A stretch of DNA of 62,559 bases from Treponemataceae bacterium. GTDB taxonomy: Bacteria > Spirochaetota > Spirochaetia > Treponematales > Treponemataceae. Position 1 is the stretch's first letter. Every line of letters begins with the position of its first letter. The notes under the pieces are model-generated. The model was not told the origin of the DNA and made no database searches. It worked only from the letters and a program-made list of their open reading frames with translations. Below are positions 18,438-27,501 of the stretch, piece after piece. A program made the translations under genes and the position numbers. The stretch lies in the NCBI GenBank assembly GCA_963624615.1, contig CAVFQN010000166.1, forward strand, positions 1 through 62,559, written 5' to 3'.

Positions 18438-19649
18438 ATGCTCACACCAAAAGAATATTTAGACTCAAAACGCCAGGAAATTGTCGAACTCGAAACAATG
18501 CTGACCTCCCACATTGCCATCGCCCCGGAAGGCAATGGTGACGGCGAAACAGAAAAAGTTAACGCCCTGGAAGCCTGGCTCAAATCCAAAGGATTTTCCG
18601 ATATCGAACGCTACGAAGCCCCAGACCCTCGCGTCACAGCAGGCTTCCGCCCATCCCTGGTCGCAACCATTCCCGGCAAAGACGATTCAGTCCGCATCTG
18701 GGTTATTGCCCACACCGATGTTGTGCCAGTTGGCGATATAAAACTTTGGAATACCGACCCCTGGAAAGTCGTAGAAAAAGACGGAAAACTTTACGGACGT
18801 GGCGTTGAAGATGACCAGCAGGGACTTTGCTCGGGCGTTTTTGCCAGCCTTTATTATTTAGAAAATGGGATTATCCCTCAACACACTATCAAACTTCTTT
18901 TTGCAGCTGATGAAGAAAACGGCTCTGAATACGGAGTAATCTGGCTGCTCCGCGAAAAAAATCTTTTCCGTAAACAGGATTTAATTTTGATTCCCGATGG
19001 CGGTGATAAAGACGGTCGAACAATCGAAGTTGCCGAAAAAAATATCCTCTGGCTGCAAGCCCACGTAATCGGCAAACAAGTTCATGGAAGCAAACCCGAT
19101 GCCGGAGCAAATGCCTGCCTTGCCGCCTGTGACCTGGGGCTCCGCATTCACAATCTGGAAAAGTTTTTTGATAAAAAAGATGATTTGTTCTCGCCAAATT
19201 ATTCAACTTTCCACCCGACAAAACGAGCCAAAAACGTCGATTCCATCAACATAATTCCGGGCGAAGACACCATCTGTTTTGACTGCCGCATTTTGCCTTG
19301 TTATAAATTAGCTGATGTTTTGACCCAAATCGATAAAATTTGCCGGGAAATTGAAAAAGAATATGGCGTAAAAGTTGAATACACGACACCCCAAAAATCG
19401 GAATCGCCGGCAACTCCAATAGCCGCCCCTGCAGCCCAAAAGCTTGCCGCTGCAATCAAAGCCGCCCATGGAATTGAAGCCGAATTTGTTGGAATTGGGG
19501 GAGGAACAGTTGGAGCAGAACTTCGCCGGGCCGGTATTGACGCCGTTGTCTGGAGTACCCTTGACGATGTCTGCCACCAGCCAAACGAATATTGCGTAAT
19601 CGACAATCTGATAAAAGACGCCGTCACGCTGATTGAGTTTTTTAAGTAA
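18438..19649 (+). CDS. M20 family metallo-hydrolase (DapE/ArgE-like)
   Basis: AHTDVVP, YGRGVEDD, ADEENGS, HGS and CHQPNEY motifs. Confidence 0.88.
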   Translation: MLTPKEYLDSKRQEIVELETMLTSHIAIAPEGNGDGETEKVNALEAWLKSKGFSDIERYEAPDPRVTAGFRPSLVATIPGKDDSVRIWVIAHTDVVPVGDIKLWNTDPWKVVEKDGKLYGRGVEDDQQGLCSGVFASLYYLENGIIPQHTIKLLFAADEENGSEYGVIWLLREKNLFRKQDLILIPDGGDKDGRTIEVAEKNILWLQAHVIGKQVHGSKPDAGANACLAACDLGLRIHNLEKFFDKKDDLFSPNYSTFHPTKRAKNVDSINIIPGEDTICFDCRILPCYKLADVLTQIDKICREIEKEYGVKVEYTTPQKSESPATPIAAPAAQKLAAAIKAAHGIEAEFVGIGGGTVGAELRRAGIDAVVWSTLDDVCHQPNEYCVIDNLIKDAVTLIEFFK

Positions 19650-19650
19650 A

Positions 19651-19714
19651 GGGCATCTCTAAGTCTTGGAAATAGCAAGACTTAGAATGCGCATTTTCAA
19701 AGTTACCTAAAAAA
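19651..19714 (-). repeat. Palindromic repeat family copy (modules B+C, part of A)
   Basis: GGGCATCTCTAAGTCTTGGAAATAGCAAGACTTAGAATGCGCATTTTCAAAGTTACC, the reverse complement of the 41474 copy. Confidence 0.9.
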
Positions 19715-19718
19715 CTTC

Positions 19719-20681
19719 CTACTTTTTATAAACTTCCCAGGTCGTTCTTACCAGGGTTTCTACATCAGAATATTTTGGTTCCCAGCCCAGCAGGTCTTTT
19801 GCCAGCTTTGAAGTTGCGTACAAACTTGCCGGGTCGCCAGGACGACGAGCTTCTTCTTCCGCAGGAATTGACTGACCTGTAATTTTTCTAGCCGCCTCGA
19901 TAATTTCCTTTACGGTCGTTCCTTTTTCTGTTCCCAGATTCAATTTCAAACTCTTATCATTTTTTGCAATATAATCCAAAGCCATAACGTGAGCCCGAGC
20001 CAGGTCTGTAACGTGAACATAATCACGAATACAAGTTCCGTCGCGAGTGTCGTAATCAGTTCCAAAAATCTTAAGCTGACGCAAACCAAGAGCAGCTTCC
20101 ATTACACGTGGCAAAAGATTTTCAGGTTTTTGTTCCAATCCGCGGATTTGCCCCTCAGGATCATAACCAGCCGCATTAAAATAACGAAGTGCAGCAAATT
20201 TTAAACCTTTAATCTGGTCATACCAGGTCATAAATTCTTCGATTTTGAGTTTTGTAAAACCATAATAATTAATAGGATTTTGAGGATGATTTTCGTCAAT
20301 CGGCAAATATTGAGGTTCGCCAAAAGTTGCAGCTGATGAAGAAAAAATCATCTTCAAACAATTGTGTTTTACAGCCGCATTCATAATATTCAGTGTTCCA
20401 GTGATATTGTTCACAGAATATTTTTCAGGTTTTACCATAGATTCGCCGGCGGCCTTAAAAGCTGCCAGGTGAACAAAAGCATCAAAGCCCTGGGCAAAAG
20501 CAGCATCCAAATCTTCAGGAATCAAGATATTTCCATAAATAAAATCATTTTCTGGAAAAAGATTCATCCTCAAACCGCTGGACAAATTGTCAAAAACTGT
20601 AACTTTGTGTCCAGCTTTCAGCATCTCTTTTACAACGTGACTGCCAATGTAGCCTGCCCCACCAATTACCAAAACTTTCAT
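19719..20681 (-). CDS. galE: UDP-glucose 4-epimerase
   Basis: GGAGYIGSH, YGFTK (YxxxK), LRYFNAAG and DGTCIRDYVHV motifs. Confidence 0.95.
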   Translation of the reverse strand: MKVLVIGGAGYIGSHVVKEMLKAGHKVTVFDNLSSGLRMNLFPENDFIYGNILIPEDLDAAFAQGFDAFVHLAAFKAAGESMVKPEKYSVNNITGTLNIMNAAVKHNCLKMIFSSSAATFGEPQYLPIDENHPQNPINYYGFTKLKIEEFMTWYDQIKGLKFAALRYFNAAGYDPEGQIRGLEQKPENLLPRVMEAALGLRQLKIFGTDYDTRDGTCIRDYVHVTDLARAHVMALDYIAKNDKSLKLNLGTEKGTTVKEIIEAARKITGQSIPAEEEARRPGDPASLYATSKLAKDLLGWEPKYSDVETLVRTTWEVYKK

Positions 20682-20723
20682 ATCAAAACTCCTGTTTTTT
20701 GTGATTTTTTACCATTTAAATTT

Positions 20724-21155
20724 TTAACCTTTAAAATAATATACATAAACAGAAATATAAGGCATTTCCTCATCATCTGCCATTCTCACCCAAAAATTAT
20801 CATACAATTCATATTTTTTAGGATTTTCTTCCAAGCCCAGAGAACGAGACTGTCGGGCAGAATCTTCCGCCTGGTCAAGATTTTCGCCCCGTCCAGTAAA
20901 AATCAAAATCTCGGCTTCCGCCAGTTTTTCATCAGCCTTTTGAATTTTTTCAATCTGATTATCTACGGCAAATTCCACCCAGGCCGGAAGGACATTTCCA
21001 AATCCCCGATATTTCCAGTCATCAAAACGTAACTTTTGCTCTGTTTGTTGATTTTTGTTATTAGAATCGTCACGAGGCTGAACATTATTTGAAGCACAAC
21101 TGATACAAAAAAGAATTAATAGAAGTGATAAAACTGAAAAAAAAATCCTTTTCAT
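20724..21155 (-). CDS. Hypothetical lipoprotein
   Basis: MKRIFF...CISC lipobox; ORF fills the gap. Confidence 0.65.
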   Translation of the reverse strand: MKRIFFSVLSLLLILFCISCASNNVQPRDDSNNKNQQTEQKLRFDDWKYRGFGNVLPAWVEFAVDNQIEKIQKADEKLAEAEILIFTGRGENLDQAEDSARQSRSLGLEENPKKYELYDNFWVRMADDEEMPYISVYVYYFKG

Positions 21156-21234
21156 TTGCAATCATAATATCAAATAAAAAGCCTTGTGGGAATGGTATTG
21201 AAAAACACTCAAAACTTGGGGTAAACTTTCATCT

Positions 21235-21657
21235 ATGAAAAAACTTACATTTATTTTATCCGCAGTTTTTACTGCAACACTTTTTATTTCTTGTGCAACA
21301 ATCAAAGAAATTCCAAATGAAAAAACTGCAGCCCAGATTATCCAGATGGGGCAAAATTCTGTTTCCGCTGGAGATTATAAATCCGCCTTGTTCTGCTACA
21401 ACGAAGCTATTCAACGTTTTGGCACAAGTCCTTCTGTTTACGCCGAAGCAAAATACGAAGTTGGTCATGTTTACATCAAACAGAAAAAATATGATAAAGC
21501 CTACGAAACTTTCCACGAATTGTTAGATCTTTATGACAGCAATTCTGGCTCGATCCCTGCAACTTACAAAAAACTCTGCCAGATTGGTCTCCAGCAAATC
21601 CCAGAAAAAAAATTGCAGGAACTGGACAAAAAAATTAGTCCTTCGGAAGCAAAATAG
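21235..21657 (+). CDS. TPR-repeat lipoprotein (BamD/YfiO-like)
   Basis: FISC lipobox; TPR-like helices (AKYEVGHVYIKQKKYDKA). Confidence 0.7.
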   Translation: MKKLTFILSAVFTATLFISCATIKEIPNEKTAAQIIQMGQNSVSAGDYKSALFCYNEAIQRFGTSPSVYAEAKYEVGHVYIKQKKYDKAYETFHELLDLYDSNSGSIPATYKKLCQIGLQQIPEKKLQELDKKISPSEAK

Positions 21658-23014
21658 ATCGGATTTTTATCCCTTTGCTTTTTGCCAGAGCCATAACGTA
21701 ATCTTTTGAATACTTGCCGGAACCTCGCGGAGTTGGGTGAGGTTCCGCATCCCCTATCAAAATAACCTGCTTTTGGGCGGTATTTCGCCAGGCGTAAAAT
21801 TCGCTGGCAGCATACATTGCCTCGTAAACCGCTTCAGGAATATCCCCACCTTCCGTACCATAAATTCTGACAGAATTTAAATTTTTTGAAAAAGTCGTAA
21901 GGTTAGTTGTGAATGAAAAAATTCTCACCGGCAAATTCATATATTTGTAGGTATCCCCATAATCACGATAAAAAAGCAGACCCACTCTCATCCCGGAATC
22001 TTTGCCAAATTGATCTACCAGCAAATTCATCAAATCAGATTTTAATTTTTCAATATCATTTTTCATACTGCCAGTTGCATCAATGGCAAAAACCAAATCC
22101 AAATCTTCGGGATGCTCCAAATCCTTCAAAATTGACCGAATATCTTCGATAATTGTTTCCGGTCCTTTTGAATAAATAATATCCTGGGAAATTTCCTTAA
22201 ATTTGTCGCTGGCAACAGGATTATAATCATCAGTGAGGATTGTTTCCTCCTCAATTTCTTCTGCAATTTCTTCTACAGGAGGATTTTCTTCCACCTCATC
22301 AAAAACCTCAGTCTCCAAAATAGGCTCCGGCTCAGGAATTGGCTCAACAGCAGGGGCAGGAGGAGGAAGAGGCTTTTGTTCAGGCTTTTTTTCAACTTTT
22401 TTTACCTTTTTTTTAGTCACTTTTAAATCAAACATAAAAGGACTGTCCATATAATCCCCAGAATAATCGGCATAAGGTTTTTCAAAAGACCTTATATTTA
22501 TAAAAGTTCCCTTGCCAAGCGTAACTTCGCCATTTCTAGACCAGGGATAGCCGTAAACAATTGTCGCAGGAATATAAATGTGAAAAGCGGGACCAAAAAA
22601 ATCAGTATTTTCTGGAGTGGAATCGACAAGACTGTATTTTGCCCCCTCCGAAACCAGGACTTTTCCATCAAGATAGCGGATTTCGTCACCATTTATCTGA
22701 TTATATTCTTTTGCCCGGTAAGCATAACTGTCGTTTTTGCCGGTAGGATCTTTTGTCGTTTCGGTAAGCAAAATAGAATTTACGTTTGGAAGTTTTTTTA
22801 CATAAAGATGATAGCCACCATTTTCCTTATCGGCAACGAGCCTTACATTTTCTGTAGTAATCCTGAGTTTTTGCTGGCTGGCGGTGAACAAAGTGGTTTG
22901 TGAGCCGGAAGATTGTTCACCACCGGTCTGCAGCCTTGTCTGTGAAAAAAAAGGTGTTCCCACTACTAGAAAAATGATGATTGCAAAAATACTCTTTTTT
23001 ATTGATTTTACCAT
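21635..23014 (-). CDS. Secreted vWA-domain protein with Pro/Glu-rich linker
   Basis: GGGAG RBS before ATG 23014; signal peptide; DATGSM MIDAS, YRDY, GGDIPEA and IGDAEPH motifs. Confidence 0.8.
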   Translation of the reverse strand: MVKSIKKSIFAIIIFLVVGTPFFSQTRLQTGGEQSSGSQTTLFTASQQKLRITTENVRLVADKENGGYHLYVKKLPNVNSILLTETTKDPTGKNDSYAYRAKEYNQINGDEIRYLDGKVLVSEGAKYSLVDSTPENTDFFGPAFHIYIPATIVYGYPWSRNGEVTLGKGTFINIRSFEKPYADYSGDYMDSPFMFDLKVTKKKVKKVEKKPEQKPLPPPAPAVEPIPEPEPILETEVFDEVEENPPVEEIAEEIEEETILTDDYNPVASDKFKEISQDIIYSKGPETIIEDIRSILKDLEHPEDLDLVFAIDATGSMKNDIEKLKSDLMNLLVDQFGKDSGMRVGLLFYRDYGDTYKYMNLPVRIFSFTTNLTTFSKNLNSVRIYGTEGGDIPEAVYEAMYAASEFYAWRNTAQKQVILIGDAEPHPTPRGSGKYSKDYVMALAKSKGIKIRSILLPKD

Positions 23015-23081
23015 AACTCCCAAAACCTCGGTTGCCGCTTGCTTTTTCTCCCGCATATTCTGTGAGTTTGTACAAAAATTT

Positions 23082-23097
23082 AAAAAAAAAAAAAAAA
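23082..23097. repeat. A16 homopolymer in a divergent promoter region
   Basis: 16 consecutive A between the 23014(-) and 23212(+) starts. Confidence 0.85.
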
Positions 23098-23211
23098 TTA
23101 TTCTTTCCTATATTCAACATTATCGGTGGAAAATTTAAAAATTATGATTTATAATATTTACCTAGGATAAAAAATTTAACTCCTACTAAATTAAATTAAA
23201 AAAAAACTAAA

Positions 23212-24294
23212 ATGAGCACTACAGATAATTTTGAACAGGTCGACATTAATTCATTTTTTGAGCCTACAGAAATAGACAAAAAAGCGGATGCTGAACGCGC
23301 CGAAGTTTTCACAAAACGCCAGCGTGATTTAATCAATCAAATTCTGCCAATCGTAATGGAAAGGGACAAAACTCATTACGAAATTTATTTGAACCGCATT
23401 GCCGATCTGGAAAATATCGCTACGTCAGTTGCCCGCTTCCCTTCCCTGCTGGAACGTCACGAACTTGCAGGTGGAACTCGAACCCGAACAATTTTAATTG
23501 AATCTCTGATTAAACATAAAGATGATGGTGACCGCATTTTGCGGCTTCCATCCAAAGCCATGCTGGGAAAATCTCTCCTTGTAGCAAAAACTCACACTCT
23601 TTCGGATTTTTCCAACTTTGCAAAACACCTTGGCCCAGAATACGACAATCTTTCCAAAGCTTTTGACACAGAAACAATTTTGTCAATGTTCTCTCTCTTG
23701 GTTGAGGATGTTTACCTAAATCTTATTTCTGATGACCAGCAGCCTATGGAATTCCGCCGGGAATGGGCCCTTTCCCTTTTACTTTTGTGGGAACACTGGA
23801 ATGACCAGGCTATTGCCAACGTCGCTCCAGTTTTGCAGTCGGTTTGGTCTGCCCGCCGTAAACTTGCCCCGGCTTTTGGAACGATGATGGGGACAAGTGA
23901 ATTGCTTTTGATTTCTATGCAGATGGATGATGAGTGGATTTCCTTTATCAAAGAAAAAATGGGAGACCAGGGAGTTACCCAGGCTATGGAAGAATTCCTT
24001 TTTGGTATTTCTACAGAACAAATACAAACTTTGAGGACAATTCTTAGAGAAAAAGGGATTCCAGCTATTGGACGTGATGAAGTTTCAAAATTCCTTGGAG
24101 AACACGTAAAAGCCGACGCCGGACTGGACTACCGCGACTTTTATTCTATGTACACAGTTCGCCGCGACAACGCACGTGCCCGTGCCCGAATGAAAGTTGA
24201 TGGTCCAAAGAAAACTCTGGAAGATTACTTTATTCAATTCGTAACTGCAGAAAATAAGGAGAAACAAAATAATGATGCTTTCGCAAAATCCTGA
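23212..24294 (+). CDS. Hypothetical protein (360 aa, mostly helical, cytoplasmic)
   Basis: Long ORF with normal codon usage; no motif recognised. Confidence 0.75.
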   Translation: MSTTDNFEQVDINSFFEPTEIDKKADAERAEVFTKRQRDLINQILPIVMERDKTHYEIYLNRIADLENIATSVARFPSLLERHELAGGTRTRTILIESLIKHKDDGDRILRLPSKAMLGKSLLVAKTHTLSDFSNFAKHLGPEYDNLSKAFDTETILSMFSLLVEDVYLNLISDDQQPMEFRREWALSLLLLWEHWNDQAIANVAPVLQSVWSARRKLAPAFGTMMGTSELLLISMQMDDEWISFIKEKMGDQGVTQAMEEFLFGISTEQIQTLRTILREKGIPAIGRDEVSKFLGEHVKADAGLDYRDFYSMYTVRRDNARARARMKVDGPKKTLEDYFIQFVTAENKEKQNNDAFAKS

Positions 24295-24877
24295 GGATGA
24301 AAAAAATAAAAAACGCCCCTATCATTTTGGAGAAAAACTCCGCCAGGTTAGGGAACACAAGGGCTACACCCTCAAAGTGGTTGCCCAGCGAGCAGGCGTT
24401 AGTGAAAGTCTTGTTTCCCAAATCGAAAGAAATCACGTTTCCCCTGCAATCGATACTTTGCTTGCCCTTGCTGATGTTTTGGACATAAACCTTGAATTTT
24501 TGTTTGAAGAATATCGCAAAGACCGGCCAGTCCAGATTATTCGTGCTGATGAACGCCCTTCTATTCACGAGGACGACATTGTTTACGAAGGTCTTGCAAA
24601 ACAGGCAAATTCTGAAACTTCAATCGAATCTTATATCATAAAAATTCCGGCAGGTTCCCACACCCACCGGGGATCTTATGGCCACCTGGGCCGCGAAATC
24701 GGCTATATCATAAAAGGCAAGGCTCAAATTATTTATGATGGAAAATGCTACGAACTGAATGAAGGAGATTCTGTTTCCTTTTCGGCAGGGGCTTCCCATT
24801 CCATCGAAAATATTGGCGAAACTGACTTGGAAGCAGTTTGGGTTGTAACTCCAGCCCAGCGCTTTATCGATAAATAG
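24272..24877 (+). CDS. XRE-family HTH transcriptional regulator with cupin domain
   Basis: GEKLRQVR...VSESLVSQIERNHVSPAIDTL HTH; GHLGREIGYIIKG...LNEGDSVSF cupin; AAGGAG RBS. Confidence 0.9.
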   Translation: MMLSQNPEDEKNKKRPYHFGEKLRQVREHKGYTLKVVAQRAGVSESLVSQIERNHVSPAIDTLLALADVLDINLEFLFEEYRKDRPVQIIRADERPSIHEDDIVYEGLAKQANSETSIESYIIKIPAGSHTHRGSYGHLGREIGYIIKGKAQIIYDGKCYELNEGDSVSFSAGASHSIENIGETDLEAVWVVTPAQRFIDK

Positions 24878-24893
24878 TTTTTTAGAGATGCCC
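24878..24893. repeat. Half copy (right end) of the palindromic repeat family
   Basis: TTTTTTAGAGATGCCC directly after the stop codon. Confidence 0.6.
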
Positions 24894-24911
24894 TTTATAA
24901 AAAATAGATTT

Positions 24912-25832
24912 ATGATAAAAGCCCGCCAGTCTGGCATTTTTCTTCTTTCACTGCTCTTTACTTTTCTCTTTTTTGGCTGCCAGACAACGGGGGTGCTTTT
25001 AAAAGAAAAATATACGGATCCCCAGGTTCTTTCGGAAGAAGAACTTTTGCCACCTGAAATTGTTTGGACGCCCCTTGAGGTAAATGAAAATTCCGTAGGA
25101 AAGGCAAATAAAAACGCCGGTGAATCTGCCAAGGCAAAAAATCCCCAATCTCCGATCTTTCAAATCATAAATCACAAAATCAAAAGTGAAAATATTGAAT
25201 GGACCTGTGTAAAAATCAATTTGGCCGCCCAAAATCTTGAAATTGTGGCAAAACCAGGTCGCCAGGACTTAGGAAAACGCTTTTTTCTGAAAAAATTTGC
25301 CAAAAAAACAAAATCAATAGTCGCTGTAAACACAGTTCCTTTTGATATGGCCCCAAAATCTTACCTTCCTGTAAGCGTCGTAAAAATTGATGGAGAAATT
25401 ATCTGCCCCTTAAATTCAAATTATTCAGCCCTGGCCTTTAGCCAAAATCCGCTGAGAGCAAAAATCATCAAAAATCAAAATGAAGATGATATTGCAGATT
25501 GTGATTACGTTTTTGGTGGCTTTTTTACGATTTTGGAAGATGGCGAGATTTTCGAATTTGCAAAATATAAACGTTCCAGAACGGCAGTGGGAATTGCAGA
25601 TGGTGGCCGCGAACTGTATCTTTTTGCCACTTGCGGAATAAATTGTCCGACCGGCAGGAACGGCCTGAATTTTGAAGAATGTGCCGTAATTTTGAAGGCT
25701 TTGGGCTGTACAGACGCCATGGAATTTGACGGAGGCCATTCCACAGGTCTTGCAATTCAAGGTGAAGACGCCATAAGGCCAAGTCTCCAGCGAAAAATCC
25801 CGGCCGCCTTTGGGATAAGATGGAAGCGATAA
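24912..25832 (+). CDS. Phosphodiester glycosidase (NAGPA/DUF2233-like) lipoprotein
   Basis: FFGC lipobox; RSRTAVG and AMEFDGGHST motifs; the ATG at 24888 lies inside the repeat end. Confidence 0.75.
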   Translation: MIKARQSGIFLLSLLFTFLFFGCQTTGVLLKEKYTDPQVLSEEELLPPEIVWTPLEVNENSVGKANKNAGESAKAKNPQSPIFQIINHKIKSENIEWTCVKINLAAQNLEIVAKPGRQDLGKRFFLKKFAKKTKSIVAVNTVPFDMAPKSYLPVSVVKIDGEIICPLNSNYSALAFSQNPLRAKIIKNQNEDDIADCDYVFGGFFTILEDGEIFEFAKYKRSRTAVGIADGGRELYLFATCGINCPTGRNGLNFEECAVILKALGCTDAMEFDGGHSTGLAIQGEDAIRPSLQRKIPAAFGIRWKR

Positions 25833-25851
25833 CTACGAATAGTTGATTACT

Positions 25852-25943
25852 GGGAAATTCCGGGGGTTTTAGGGGGCGGAGCCCCCTAGGAGAAGGGGTA
25901 GCGACCAACGAAGTGGGCGCGCAGGGGAAGGCTTTCCCCTCCT
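25852..25943 (+). repeat. GC-rich multi-hairpin REP-like element
   Basis: TAGGGGGC-GGA-GCCCCCTA and AGGGGAAG-G-CTTTCCCCT hairpins; last 23 bp match 15396-15418 (inverted). Confidence 0.7.
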
Positions 25944-25964
25944 AACTTCCTAACTCAAAAACTC

Positions 25965-25993
25965 TTGCATTAAAGGGGCATTATCCTTAAAAT
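25965..25993 (+). promoter_or_regulatory. Sigma70-like promoter of gltA
   Basis: TTGCAT-N17-TAAAAT. Confidence 0.6.
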
Positions 25994-26029
25994 TACATAA
26001 ATTTATTCACATCTTTTTTGCATATTTAT

Positions 26030-26075
26030 GGGGACTTCTAAAAGTTGCAATTTTTAGAGGTAACTTTGAAAGTGC
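26030..26075 (+). repeat. Palindromic repeat family copy (modules A+B) in the predicted gltA 5'UTR
   Basis: GGGGACTTCTAAAAGTTGCAATTTTTAGAGGTAACTTTGAAAGTGC. Confidence 0.85.
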
Positions 26076-26119
26076 AATATCTCTGCATAAATACACTTCT
26101 TAAAAATACGGAGGCTCTT

Positions 26120-27481
26120 ATGGCAATGACAAAAGAAGAACAGGCAATAATCCATAGACTGGAAAAACTTGCAGTACACAACGACCCTATCGACCCGGCA
26201 CTTTATGCCAAATATGATGTAAAACGCGGCCTCCGCAATGCAAATGGAACTGGCGTTTTGGTGGGACTTACCCGCATTGGTGATGTAGTTGGTTACGAAA
26301 TTACAAAAGAGGGCGAAAAAGTTGCTGTCCCTGGCCGCCTGATTTACCGCGGTTACAATGTTGAAGATTTGATTGCAGATGCAGAAAATCATCATCAGTA
26401 TGGGTATGAGCAGTGTGCTTATCTTTTGCTTTTTGGGGAACTTCCAACTGAAGATAAATTAAAGAGATTTTCTGAATATCTGGGGGAATGTCGAACACTT
26501 CCGCCAAATTTTACAGAAGATATGATTATGAAAGCCCCTTCAAACGATATTATGAATAAAATGGCTCGTGGAGTTTTAGCTTCTTATTCTTATGATGATG
26601 ATCCGGAAAATCGTTCGGTTGGAAATATCATCAAACAGTGTGTTCAGCTGATTGCCCGCTTTTCGACTCTGGCAGCTTACGGCTACCAGGCAAAACGCCG
26701 TTATTATGACAACAAATCTATGTTTATTCATAATCCAAAACCAGAACTTTCCACTGCCGAAAATTTTCTCCGCCTGATTCGTTCAAATAAGCAGTATTCT
26801 CGTCTGGAAGCCGAAACTTTGGATCTGGCTCTTATCCTCCACGCCGAACATGGTGGTGGTAACAACTCTTCTTTGACAGTTCACGTTGTTTCATCTGCCG
26901 ACACTGATACTTATTCTTCAATTGCGGCCGCAGTTGGTTCGCTCAAAGGTCGCCGCCATGGAGGTGCAAATATCCGCGTTGTAGAAATGATGGACGACAT
27001 CAAGGCAAATGTAAAAGACTGGAGTAACGAAAAAGAAATTTCAGACTATATCCGCAAGATTGCTTCAAAAGAAGCTTTCGATAAAACGGGTCTTGTTTAC
27101 GGTATGGGCCACGCAGTTTACACTGTAAGCGATCCTCGTGAATTACTTCTCAAAGCAAAGGCCAAAGATTTGGCAAAAGAAAAAGGCTGCATGGAAGAAT
27201 TTGAACTTTACAGTCTGATTGAAAAAGTTGCCCCGGGAATTATCCAGGATGTTCACCACTCAGACAAAAAAGTTTGCCCGAACGTAGATTTTTATTCTGG
27301 TTTTGTTTACACAATGCTGAATATTCCACGCGAACTTTTCACACCGATTTTCGCTATTGCCCGAATTGCAGGCTGGTCAGCCCACAGAATTGAGGAAGTT
27401 GTAAGTGGCGGAAGAATTTACCGTCCAGCTTACAAAAATGTTTCGTCAGAACGTCCTTACATTCCAATTGACAAGCGATAA
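26120..27481 (+). CDS. gltA: Citrate synthase
   Basis: LIYRGY, HAEHGGGNNS, HGGAN, YGMGHAVY, PNVDFYSG and RIAGWSAH motifs; GGAGG RBS before ATG 26120. Confidence 0.92.
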   Translation: MAMTKEEQAIIHRLEKLAVHNDPIDPALYAKYDVKRGLRNANGTGVLVGLTRIGDVVGYEITKEGEKVAVPGRLIYRGYNVEDLIADAENHHQYGYEQCAYLLLFGELPTEDKLKRFSEYLGECRTLPPNFTEDMIMKAPSNDIMNKMARGVLASYSYDDDPENRSVGNIIKQCVQLIARFSTLAAYGYQAKRRYYDNKSMFIHNPKPELSTAENFLRLIRSNKQYSRLEAETLDLALILHAEHGGGNNSSLTVHVVSSADTDTYSSIAAAVGSLKGRRHGGANIRVVEMMDDIKANVKDWSNEKEISDYIRKIASKEAFDKTGLVYGMGHAVYTVSDPRELLLKAKAKDLAKEKGCMEEFELYSLIEKVAPGIIQDVHHSDKKVCPNVDFYSGFVYTMLNIPRELFTPIFAIARIAGWSAHRIEEVVSGGRIYRPAYKNVSSERPYIPIDKR

Positions 27482-27501
27482 TTACAATCAGGCTCATCAG
27501 C

